Assembly (NCBI GenBank): GCA_902764575.1
Contig: CACWWI010000003.1
Span: 1 to 50,399 of the forward strand
Direction of reading: 5' to 3'
Source of the DNA: an uncultured Coriobacteriaceae bacterium
GTDB taxonomy: Bacteria; Actinomycetota; Coriobacteriia; Coriobacteriales; Eggerthellaceae
Length of the DNA: 50,399 bases
Shown here: positions 40,853 through 49,390 of the stretch, one piece after another
How positions within the stretch are numbered: the first letter of the stretch is position 1
Layout of the letters: every line of letters starts with the position of its first letter
Notes under the pieces: model-generated
The model's database searches: none
What the model was told of the DNA's origin: nothing
Seen by the model: the letters and a program-made list of their open reading frames with translations, nothing else
Translations under genes and position numbers: made by a program

Positions 40853-43120
40853 GTGGCATTAGGTGATGGGGTATCGGCAATAGCGTCGCTAGGCACGCTG
40901 GGAGTTACGTTCGGCGGCTTCTCGCCAACATTGATGAACGGCGTCGACACCTCCAAGGAGATGGTGGCGCAGTACGAGGCGATACACGAGCAGCGCAAAG
41001 AGGCCAAGAAGAAGCAACGTGAGCTTGAGTCGGCGCGCACGTCCAAGCCGATGAGCTTGGTCGATGAAAACGGCAACGTCTGGACATACGTCATCATAGA
41101 CGAGCGCGTGGCGCGCATCACGAAATGCGAGACGAGGAACGCGCGGGTTGAGTTTCCTGCTGAAATCGGGGGCGTTCCCGTGTATGCCATCGGCCCGGAG
41201 GCGCTTTCGGAGAACCCCGCTGTAGAGGAAATCGTATGCGCCGATTCCATCGAGAGCATCGGGGCTTGCGCGTTCAGGCTCAACGACAACCTCAGAAGGG
41301 TCGTGTTCCCGTACAACGTCACCGACTTCAACGAGAGCTGGGTCCGGCGATGCCCGCGGCTACAGGAGCTCGTGCTGCCGGGGTTGCTCGACGAGATAAA
41401 GCTGCACGTGCTCGATAACAGGAGCTTGAAGAGGCTCGTCATCGGGAAGAACGTATACAGCATCGAACCCGGCGCGTTCCAGAACACGCAGCTGTCCGAG
41501 GTGACCATCGATAGCGAGAACCCGTTTATAAAAACCGATGGCATAGGGATATACTCCTCGGACAACTCGGCGCTCTATGCGCTCGCGCGCCCAGTCGATC
41601 GCTACGAAGTGCTCGATGGTTGCACTGTGCTTGCGAAGAAGAGCTGTTATGGCATAGAAGCGCTGAAATCGATAACGTTGCCCGAGAGCGTGGAGCAGCT
41701 CGACGCATTCGCGCTATCGCATTCGGGCATTACCGGGTTCGTGGCCCCGAGCGCGCTGCGGACAATCGGGGAGAAGGCGTTCTACTACTGCAAGGACCTT
41801 GCGAGCGTGCGGCTCAACGACGGCCTCGTTTACCTCGGCGATTCGGCGTTCGAGGAAAGCGGGCTGTCCGCCTTGCGCATCCCTGCAAGCATCGAGCACA
41901 TCGGCACTTCCATTACGGCACGAACCGAGGTGGTGCATTCGGGCGACGGTTGCACGCTCGAGATCGATTCGCTATGCGAGCGCTTCTTCCTCGACGGAGC
42001 AGGTGGGCTCTACCGCAAGGCCGAGGACGGGGCACATCTCGTTCAGCTGATCGACCGCGAGATGCGCACGTACGAGATGGGGGCCGATGCGGTCGCCATC
42101 GACCCCTATGCGTTCGCGTACCATACGGTTGTCGAGCGGGTGGTCGTGAACGACGGCGTTAAGGTCATCGGGAGGAACGCGTTTCGCGTGTGCAACAAGC
42201 TCACGCAGGTCGAGCTGCCCGATTCCGTCGTCGAGATTGGGGATGAGGCGTTCCTCGACTCGAATCTCAAGTCGTTCAGGGTGCCCGCGAGCCTCGAGAA
42301 GCTCGGCAAGAACGCGCTCATAACGTATGGCGCGCATCACGGCGGCGCTATGCCGTCGCTTGCGCACGTGGAGGTGGCGCCTGGCAACGAACGCTTCTAC
42401 CTTGTGTCGGGCATGCTCTGCGAACGGCGCGAGTCGGGGTCGGCGGTCATCATATTCACGAGCTCGGAGGAGCACGTCGTGTTCCCCGAAGAGATAACGC
42501 GCGTTGAGGAGTTCGCCTTCAACAACGCGCGCGGGATAGACTATCTGGGACTCAATCCCGGTCTCAAGACGATTGGGCTATCCGGGCTGGCCACCTGGTG
42601 CTGGATTCGCCATATCCACGTGGAGCTCCCAGAGCCGCTCGAGGGGCGCACGGAATACGATTTCTTCTTTCCCGACACGCCCAAGGGCATCCACGGCATC
42701 TGTAACGGCATCGGTGGATCCGCGTGGGTGAACGTGCCAGCGATCATGGCGCAGTACGACAACTGCATCGTGAACGCGCGCGATTACAACTCGCCGATGA
42801 GCAGCGACAACATTACGGCATACGAGCAGGCGAAGCTCATACTCGGGCGTATGAACGACCCTATCATGCTCACGGATGTCAACCGTGGCATGTTCGAGCG
42901 GCTGCTGCGCACCTATATCGGCGAGATCTGCGTCGACATCGCGCGTCATGACGACCGCGAGGCGATGGACGAGCTCATAGACCGTGGGTTCGTGAACGAG
43001 GATAATCTCGAGAGCATAATCACGCGGGTGGGGCGCTTGCAGGATGCCGCCATGACCGCGCATCTGCTGGAAGTGAAGCGCCTAAGGTTCAACAAGGCCA
43101 TCATAGATTTCGACCTCTAA
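40853..43120 (+). CDS. BspA-type leucine-rich repeat (LRR_5-like) protein, no obvious signal peptide, helical C-terminal domain
   Basis: SD aaggag lies 6 nt before GTG 40853. There are many ~23-25 aa repeats of the type L..V.IP.SV..IG..AF..C..L, e.g. LKSITLPESVEQLDAFALSHS, LASVRLNDGLVYLGDSAFEES and LTQVELPDSVVEIGDEAFLDS. Confidence 0.8.
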   Translation: MALGDGVSAIASLGTLGVTFGGFSPTLMNGVDTSKEMVAQYEAIHEQRKEAKKKQRELESARTSKPMSLVDENGNVWTYVIIDERVARITKCETRNARVEFPAEIGGVPVYAIGPEALSENPAVEEIVCADSIESIGACAFRLNDNLRRVVFPYNVTDFNESWVRRCPRLQELVLPGLLDEIKLHVLDNRSLKRLVIGKNVYSIEPGAFQNTQLSEVTIDSENPFIKTDGIGIYSSDNSALYALARPVDRYEVLDGCTVLAKKSCYGIEALKSITLPESVEQLDAFALSHSGITGFVAPSALRTIGEKAFYYCKDLASVRLNDGLVYLGDSAFEESGLSALRIPASIEHIGTSITARTEVVHSGDGCTLEIDSLCERFFLDGAGGLYRKAEDGAHLVQLIDREMRTYEMGADAVAIDPYAFAYHTVVERVVVNDGVKVIGRNAFRVCNKLTQVELPDSVVEIGDEAFLDSNLKSFRVPASLEKLGKNALITYGAHHGGAMPSLAHVEVAPGNERFYLVSGMLCERRESGSAVIIFTSSEEHVVFPEEITRVEEFAFNNARGIDYLGLNPGLKTIGLSGLATWCWIRHIHVELPEPLEGRTEYDFFFPDTPKGIHGICNGIGGSAWVNVPAIMAQYDNCIVNARDYNSPMSSDNITAYEQAKLILGRMNDPIMLTDVNRGMFERLLRTYIGEICVDIARHDDREAMDELIDRGFVNEDNLESIITRVGRLQDAAMTAHLLEVKRLRFNKAIIDFDL

Positions 43121-43172
43121 CTTGTTTATACTTAGCGATGATACATTGCTGAGTAAACGTTAGGTAATCGAA

Positions 43173-44843
43173 TTGGCACAGGTGGTCGATCAGAAGCAAG
43201 TGCGCCAAGAGCGCGCTCGCAAGTTGGCGTTGGATGTCATCGACGAGTGCCGCGTGCAGCTGATGCTCAAGTTCCGCTTCCTCGATTTGGCGTTGTGGCG
43301 CATGGAATCGGAGGCGACCAGCGTCCAGGCGCGCTATGCCCTCGCGACCGACGGCCAGCGCGTGTACTTCGAGCCGTTTACGGTGCTCGGTCGGTTCGAC
43401 GCCAGCTTCAACGAGATGGTGCGCGACTACCTTCACCTGGTGATGCACTGCATATTCAGGCACCCGTTCGACAAGCTGCACGACCGCCACGAGGCATGGT
43501 GGCTCGCGTGCGACGTCATCGCCGAGAGCGTTTCCATGGAGATGTGCGGAGGCCGCTTCGAGAGCGAGCTCGACAAGGAACGGCGCGGCGCGCTCTCCGA
43601 GCTCAAGCTCATGTGCGGGGCGCTGACGCCCGGCAAGCTGTACGGGCTGTTCATGAAATCGCTCACCGCGCCCGAGGGAAGCTCCATGCAGGTGCTCAGC
43701 GACGCGCGCATGAACGAGTTCCGCGCTCTGTTCGAGCGCGACAACCACGAGGCATGGCCCTCCTACGCGAAGGGAAAGCCCGAGGAAACGCCGGGCGACA
43801 TCGAAGAGCTCGCGCAGCCGGGCGACGAAGGGGACGAGCCTGCCGACACCGAGCAGCAGATGGTCGTTGACGGCGAGATGGAGGAAGCCGACTCCGAGAA
43901 CCAGGAAGTGAAGAACCCCGAGTCATCCGAGGAATCCAGCGACTCCGAGGACGAGGCCGAGGGAACGTCTGCCGACGCGAACGATACGACCGATGCCGAA
44001 GACGCCGAGGACACCATAGAATCGGGCTTCCAGGGCAGCTCCTCGTCCGACGACGAGGACAGCGACGAGGTTGAGGACGAGAAGTCCGAGGACGAGCGCG
44101 ATTGGGAGGAAATCGCCAAGCAGATCGAGATGAACCTCGAGACGTTCTCGAAGGAGTGGGGCGACGAGGCGGGGAGCCTCATAACGAGCCTCACCATCGC
44201 CAACCGCAAGAAGTACGACTACTCCGACTTCCTGCGGCGCTTCGCGGTGCTCTCCGAGGAGATGAAGATCAACGACGACGAGTACGACTACGTGTTCTAC
44301 ACCTATGGGCTTGAGCTGTACGGCAACATGCCGCTCGTCGAGCCGCTCGAGTACAAGGAGACGCAGCGCATCCGCGATTTCGTCATCTGCATCGACACGT
44401 CGGAGTCGTGCAGGGGCGACCTCGTGCGCAAGTTCGTGGAGCACACGTTCAACGTTATCAAGAAATCAGAGGACTACGCCCATGAGGTGAACATCCACGT
44501 CATCCAATGCGATGCGAAGGTGCAGGCCGACACGAAGATCACCGATCTGCGCGACGTGGACGTGTTCATGGACGGGTTCTTCGTTCGCGGCATGGGCGGC
44601 ACCGATTTCCGCCCTGCGTTCGCGTACGTGAACCAGCTCGTGGACAGGGGAGAGCTGCCCGACATGAAGGGCATGATCTACTTCACCGACGGCCTGGGCC
44701 AGTATCCGGACAAGGCGCAAGACTACGACGTCGCGTTCGTGTTCATGGACGACGGGCAGAACAACATCCCGTCGGTGCCGCCCTGGGCCATGCGCGTGCT
44801 CATTGACGAAGAGGGTATCAACCGCTTTAGGAGCGAACTGTAG
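43173..44843 (+). CDS. DUF2201-type protein: degenerate metallopeptidase-like N-domain, acidic linker, C-terminal vWA domain with intact MIDAS
   Basis: The N-domain has HLVMHCIFRH where relatives carry HExxH. The linker is ~110 aa and D/E/S-rich. The vWA MIDAS residues are DTSES...GGTD...FTDG. The start is TTG (or nearby GTG). Confidence 0.8.
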   Translation: MAQVVDQKQVRQERARKLALDVIDECRVQLMLKFRFLDLALWRMESEATSVQARYALATDGQRVYFEPFTVLGRFDASFNEMVRDYLHLVMHCIFRHPFDKLHDRHEAWWLACDVIAESVSMEMCGGRFESELDKERRGALSELKLMCGALTPGKLYGLFMKSLTAPEGSSMQVLSDARMNEFRALFERDNHEAWPSYAKGKPEETPGDIEELAQPGDEGDEPADTEQQMVVDGEMEEADSENQEVKNPESSEESSDSEDEAEGTSADANDTTDAEDAEDTIESGFQGSSSSDDEDSDEVEDEKSEDERDWEEIAKQIEMNLETFSKEWGDEAGSLITSLTIANRKKYDYSDFLRRFAVLSEEMKINDDEYDYVFYTYGLELYGNMPLVEPLEYKETQRIRDFVICIDTSESCRGDLVRKFVEHTFNVIKKSEDYAHEVNIHVIQCDAKVQADTKITDLRDVDVFMDGFFVRGMGGTDFRPAFAYVNQLVDRGELPDMKGMIYFTDGLGQYPDKAQDYDVAFVFMDDGQNNIPSVPPWAMRVLIDEEGINRFRSEL

Positions 44844-44856
44844 ATAGGAGAGCTGC

Positions 44857-47289
44857 ATGAACATCGCAACAGCGAAAGAGCAGATCAAGGACACCGTAGA
44901 GGCGTACCTGCAGAAAGACGACGCGGGGATGTACGTCATCAGCCCGTCGCGGCAGCGCCCGATGTTCCTCGTGGGCGCGCCGGGCATCGGCAAGACGGCC
45001 ATCATCGAGCAGATAGCGCAGGAGCTGCAGATCGGCGTGGTGTCGTACTCGATGACGCATCACACGCGCCAGAGCGCGCTCGGCTTGCCGCGTATCGTGC
45101 ACTGCGAGTTCGAGGGGTTCGAGTACGAGGCCTCCGAGTACACGATGAGCGAGATCGTGAGCGCGATCTACGACTACATGGAGCGCTCGGGCGAGCGCAA
45201 GGGCATCCTGTTCCTCGACGAGATCAACTGCGTCTCGGAGACGCTGTACCCGTCGATGCTCCAGTTCCTGCAGTTCAAGACGTTCGGCCGCCACAAGGTG
45301 CCCGATGACTGGATCATCGTGTGCGCGGGCAACCCGCCCGAGTACAACAAGTCGGTGCACGAGTTCGACATCGTGACGCTCGACCGCCTGCGCGAGATCG
45401 ACGTCGAGCCCGATTACGCCGCGTTCAAGCGCTACGCCACCGAGAAGGGCATCCATCCGGCGGTGACGACGTTCCTCGAGGCTAAGCCCGACTGCTTCTA
45501 CAAGGTTGAGAGCAAGCCGGGCGGTGGCAAGAGCTTCGTGACGGCGCGCGGCTGGGAAGACCTCGCCGAGGTGATAACGCTCTACGAGCAGCTGGGCAAG
45601 CCGTGCGACCGCGAGCTGTTCGTGCAGTTCCTGCGCGACGACGACATCGCCGATCGCTTCTCGGTGTACTACAGCCTGTTCGACAAGTACCGCTCCGACT
45701 ACCAGATCGGCAAGATCTTGGCCGGCTCCGCGAGCCGCGACGTGGTGGAGCGCGCGAAGAACGCGCCGTTCGACGAGCGCGTGGCACTGCTGGGCCTGGT
45801 TCTGGACGCACTCGCGCTGCAGTGCTCCGCCACGCTCGACCAGGAGGGCCTGGTCGTCGCGATGCGAGACGAGCTGCGCTTGGCCAAGCCGCTGCTCATG
45901 GAGGGCTACACGGTCGAAGACGCCATCGTGAAGCCGCTCCACGCACGCGAGGACGCGCTCGACCGCAAGCTGGCCGCAGGCACGGCCAAGAAGTCCTTCG
46001 TGCGCAGCGAGAACCTCTACCTGCGCAAGATCCGCGACGTCGTGGACGCCTGCGTGGCCGAGCACACCGAGGAGGGCCCCGCGGCGTTCGAGACGGTGAA
46101 CAAGAGCTATCGCGCCGAGGTGGACAAGATCAGCCCGCTCGTCGAGGAAACCCAGAAGAAGATGAACAACGCGTTCGCGTTCATCGAGGACAGCTACGGC
46201 AATAACCGCGAGATGCTCGTCTTCATGGCAGAGCTCACGACGCGCGCGATCACGACGCAGTTCATCGCGCATTACGGCAACGACGCGTACTACGCCCACA
46301 ACGACGAGCTGAAGGTCGACGAGGCGCGCAAGGGCCTCACGGAGCGCGTACGCGAGCTGAGCAACCTCGAGGAGGAGGTCAGGAGCTCGCAGGCGCTCGA
46401 GTCGAACGACCTCGACATGGGCAGCGCCGTCGGGTTGGGCCGAGCGGCATCGAGCGTTCCCAAGCCGGAGCGTTCCGGCGAGGAGCCGGGCTCTTCGCCC
46501 GCTGAGGGGAATGCGCATCCGGAGCTCGACTCGTATTACGAGGACAAGCACGAGCGCGAGGACGGTTTCGACAGCGCATGCCGCATGACGCTTCCCGTGG
46601 AAGGCGACATAGACGGCTACTACCACAACCGCGAGCACGAGTTCGGGTTCGCCTCCATGAGCCGCATGACGCTGCCCGGCATGAAGGGCCAGCGCGTGCT
46701 CAACGTATGCTGCCGTCGCGGCAAGGGCGTGTTCAAGATGTCGGCTATGGTGGGGAAGAAGGGCCGCGTGATCGGAACCGACTGGTCGCCGTCCTACATT
46801 GCCGAGGCAGAGGCCGATTCCGAGCGCGCGTGGCGCAAGAACCACCTGCAGGAAAGCAACATGGAGTTCCATGTGGCGTACCCCGAGGACCTCATGGAGG
46901 CAGGTATCGGCGACAATTCGGTCGACATGGTCTACATCAACAATGTCATGACGCTGCTCTACGACCAGGAGAAAGCCATCAAGGAGTTCTACCGCGTGCT
47001 AAAGCCGGGCGGGCTGCTCGTGTGCGAGACCATCTTCTCCGACAAGGAGCGCGACGACGAAGTCGTGCGCAAGGCGCGCGCCATAGGCAACAGCGTCCAG
47101 GCCGGCCGCACGAAGGAGGAGCTGTTCGCCCTGCTGTCGGCCGCCGGGTTCGGTAAGCCCGAGATCGTCGACGAGTTCGAGGTGGCTGCCGACCAGGGGT
47201 TCAAGGCCAATCGTACCGTCGAGGTCGTCGAGAGCGACGAGGACGTGACGTTCTCCGCCGTCGCCATCAACGTGAGGAAGCCCGAATAG
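44857..47289 (+). CDS. MoxR/AAA_5-type ATPase fused to a long helical region and a C-terminal class I SAM-methyltransferase-like domain
   Basis: Walker A is GAPGIGKT and Walker B is ILFLDEIN. The C-terminal region is VLNVCCRRGKG...VIGTDWS...VDMVYINNVM...LKPGGLLVCE (ArsM/Methyltransf_31-like). SD aggaga precedes the ATG. Confidence 0.8.
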   Translation: MNIATAKEQIKDTVEAYLQKDDAGMYVISPSRQRPMFLVGAPGIGKTAIIEQIAQELQIGVVSYSMTHHTRQSALGLPRIVHCEFEGFEYEASEYTMSEIVSAIYDYMERSGERKGILFLDEINCVSETLYPSMLQFLQFKTFGRHKVPDDWIIVCAGNPPEYNKSVHEFDIVTLDRLREIDVEPDYAAFKRYATEKGIHPAVTTFLEAKPDCFYKVESKPGGGKSFVTARGWEDLAEVITLYEQLGKPCDRELFVQFLRDDDIADRFSVYYSLFDKYRSDYQIGKILAGSASRDVVERAKNAPFDERVALLGLVLDALALQCSATLDQEGLVVAMRDELRLAKPLLMEGYTVEDAIVKPLHAREDALDRKLAAGTAKKSFVRSENLYLRKIRDVVDACVAEHTEEGPAAFETVNKSYRAEVDKISPLVEETQKKMNNAFAFIEDSYGNNREMLVFMAELTTRAITTQFIAHYGNDAYYAHNDELKVDEARKGLTERVRELSNLEEEVRSSQALESNDLDMGSAVGLGRAASSVPKPERSGEEPGSSPAEGNAHPELDSYYEDKHEREDGFDSACRMTLPVEGDIDGYYHNREHEFGFASMSRMTLPGMKGQRVLNVCCRRGKGVFKMSAMVGKKGRVIGTDWSPSYIAEAEADSERAWRKNHLQESNMEFHVAYPEDLMEAGIGDNSVDMVYINNVMTLLYDQEKAIKEFYRVLKPGGLLVCETIFSDKERDDEVVRKARAIGNSVQAGRTKEELFALLSAAGFGKPEIVDEFEVAADQGFKANRTVEVVESDEDVTFSAVAINVRKPE

Positions 47290-47303
47290 AATCGCGGGGA
47301 ATG

Positions 47304-47340
47304 GGGCTGTAGCATCACATTTGCTACAGCCCATCTCTTG
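47304..47340 (+). terminator. Terminator-like hairpin ending the LRR-vWA-AAA operon
   Basis: gggctgtagc-N9-gctacagccc followed by aTcTcTT. Confidence 0.5.
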
Positions 47341-47431
47341 GCGTTTGGGCATGAGGTGACATTGGGGACTGCCCCCTTGCCCCCCTTTACAATGGCGTTC
47401 GCTATTTTGCCCAGCTTGAAACGAAGGTGTT

Positions 47432-48211
47432 ATGGAACGGGAAATAGAACTGGTTGCATGTGATGTGGACGGCACGTTGCTGTTCGATTACGCACCCGCG
47501 CTTCCCGCGAGCACGCTCGAAGTCGTGAAGCAGCTGCTCGACCAGGGCATCATGTTCGTGCCGGCAAGCGGACGCGCCCACGATAGCCTGTGCAACTTAT
47601 TCGGGCCGCTGGCACAGCGCATGACCCTCATAGCCAACAACGGCACCATCGCCTACCGCGACGGCGAAGTGGTATTCCGTTCGGTCATGGACCGCGCGCT
47701 CGGCGACGAGCTCGTCGACGCGATGCTCGCCGACGACGACTGCGAGGCATTGGTGACGGGCGCTCGCACGAGCTACATGCAACCGAAGAGCCCCGATTTC
47801 ATCGCGTTCATGCGCGAGACCGTTGGTTTCCATATCACCGTCGTCGACGATTTGAAGGCGGTGGACGAGCCGTACACGAAAATCTCGGCGTATTATCCGT
47901 CGCGTATCGTCGACGAGAAACCCTGGGCAGCCCGGTTCGGCAGCCGGTGCTCCATTGCCACCGCAGGCTTCGGATGGCTTGACGTGATGCCCTTGGGAAC
48001 GAGCAAGGCCAGGGCGCTTGCCGCCGTGCTCGAGCAGCTCGGCGTGTCGCCCGAGCATGCGATGGCCTTGGGCGATGCGCGCAACGACCTGGAAATGCTG
48101 CAGCTCGTGGGCTCGTCGATTGCCATGGAAGACGGCGACCCGCGCACTATCGAAGCCGCAGACCGCACCACCGCGAGCGCCGAGGGCGAATTGCGCAAGC
48201 TGCTCGGGTAA
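47432..48211 (+). CDS. Cof-type HAD-IIB phosphatase
   Basis: ACDVDGTLL carries the DxD motif, followed by PASGRA and GDARNDLEML. Confidence 0.85.
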   Translation: MEREIELVACDVDGTLLFDYAPALPASTLEVVKQLLDQGIMFVPASGRAHDSLCNLFGPLAQRMTLIANNGTIAYRDGEVVFRSVMDRALGDELVDAMLADDDCEALVTGARTSYMQPKSPDFIAFMRETVGFHITVVDDLKAVDEPYTKISAYYPSRIVDEKPWAARFGSRCSIATAGFGWLDVMPLGTSKARALAAVLEQLGVSPEHAMALGDARNDLEMLQLVGSSIAMEDGDPRTIEAADRTTASAEGELRKLLG

Positions 48212-48389
48212 TCTCGGCTTCTCGAAGAGGCTGTATCAGAAGCTAAGAAGTTGGCAGACGCTGTCATTCATCGAAATTGCTGTACTGCTTGGGATGTAAA
48301 TACGTCTTGGCATGATATACTCACTCAGTTATGAAATCGGCCCACTTCAAGGGGATAAATGGGTTCGATAACGATGCAAAGGGGATGAT

Positions 48390-49319
48390 ATGAAACCATA
48401 CAAGACAGTAATCTATTCGTTCCTGCTCGGTGGCTTGTTCTGCCTCATCGCGCAGGCGCTGTTCGGGTTCTGGAACTTCGCCCTCACCGGAACTCCCATG
48501 GAGTTCTTCAAGGGCGGCGCCGTGCTCGTGAGCCTTGGTGTCATCGGCTTTATCCTCGGTGGCCTGGCGATTTACCAGTATTTCGAGGAATGGGCGACCT
48601 TCGGTGCCCTGTTCCCGTTCGCCGGCTTCGCTATGGCCGTCGGCATGAAGATGGTCGTGCCCTGGACGAAGGGCGAGTCGCTCGGAAAGTCGATCTGGCC
48701 AGGCGCGTGGTTGGTCATATGGTTTAACGCCGTCGGCGCCATCGTGTGCATCGCCGGTGGTTACCTGGCAGCCATGCTCGGCTTCCAGCCGCCTGTGACC
48801 TCGCCGATCGTTGCTTCGTCGGATCCCATGCTCGCGCTCACCATCGGCGCCCGCGCCTTCGTCGGCGGCGGCCTCATCTGCGCCGTGTTCCAGATCGTCT
48901 GGCTCCTCGTCAAGAAGGCCATTCCGTCCGCCAAGCATGTGTGGATCCTGATGGGCGGCTGGATGTGCGGCGCCATCTTCTGCCTGCCTGGCCTTTCCTA
49001 CTGGCTGGTGGAGCAGTTCGGTCAGGGCTTCCAGTGCCTGATCCCCGTCGGCGGCTATAACATGTTCGCCGTCGGCATCGACCTGTTCCATGGCGGCGAG
49101 CATGCGGCTGCTGGCCTCGTGCACCTCGGTTCGTTCGGCCTGGCGGTGTTCGGCCTGTTCTTCACGGGTCTTGGCACCTTCGCCGTTTGGAACGCCAAGT
49201 TCGGCCGCAAGACGCTTCACCAGGTTCACCTCGAGAAGGCCCAGCATGCGCTGATCGAGGCTGGCGGCGAGCTCGCTCCCAGCACCCCCGTCGAGGAAGC
49301 TGTCGCGAAGAAGGAATAA
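48390..49319 (+). CDS. Membrane protein made of two tandem SpoVAC/SpoVAEb-like (SpoVA family) halves
   Basis: Half 1 (SFLLGGLFCLIAQALFGFW...FGALFPFAGFAMAVG) and half 2 (RAFVGGGLICAVFQIVW...FQCLIPVGGYNMFAVG) both resemble SpoVAC AFLVGGLICAIGQ...AGSAVPVTGFANS. Confidence 0.65.
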   Translation: MKPYKTVIYSFLLGGLFCLIAQALFGFWNFALTGTPMEFFKGGAVLVSLGVIGFILGGLAIYQYFEEWATFGALFPFAGFAMAVGMKMVVPWTKGESLGKSIWPGAWLVIWFNAVGAIVCIAGGYLAAMLGFQPPVTSPIVASSDPMLALTIGARAFVGGGLICAVFQIVWLLVKKAIPSAKHVWILMGGWMCGAIFCLPGLSYWLVEQFGQGFQCLIPVGGYNMFAVGIDLFHGGEHAAAGLVHLGSFGLAVFGLFFTGLGTFAVWNAKFGRKTLHQVHLEKAQHALIEAGGELAPSTPVEEAVAKKE

Positions 49320-49343
49320 CCTGATTCCAGAGACGCAATGAAG

Positions 49344-49372
49344 AAGGCCGCCCCCATGGGCGGCCTTTCTTG
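49344..49372. terminator. Bidirectional terminator between convergent genes
   Basis: aaggccgccc-ccat-gggcggcctt followed by TCTTGTT. Confidence 0.8.
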
Positions 49373-49390
49373 TTGTCTGGCGCTTTCCGC

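Noticed and set aside
44827-46872. 681-aa minus-strand ORF
   Set aside because: It is antisense to the AAA+/methyltransferase gene. The composition is low-information Ala/Arg/Leu/His-rich, with no motifs and no SD. It is a shadow ORF.
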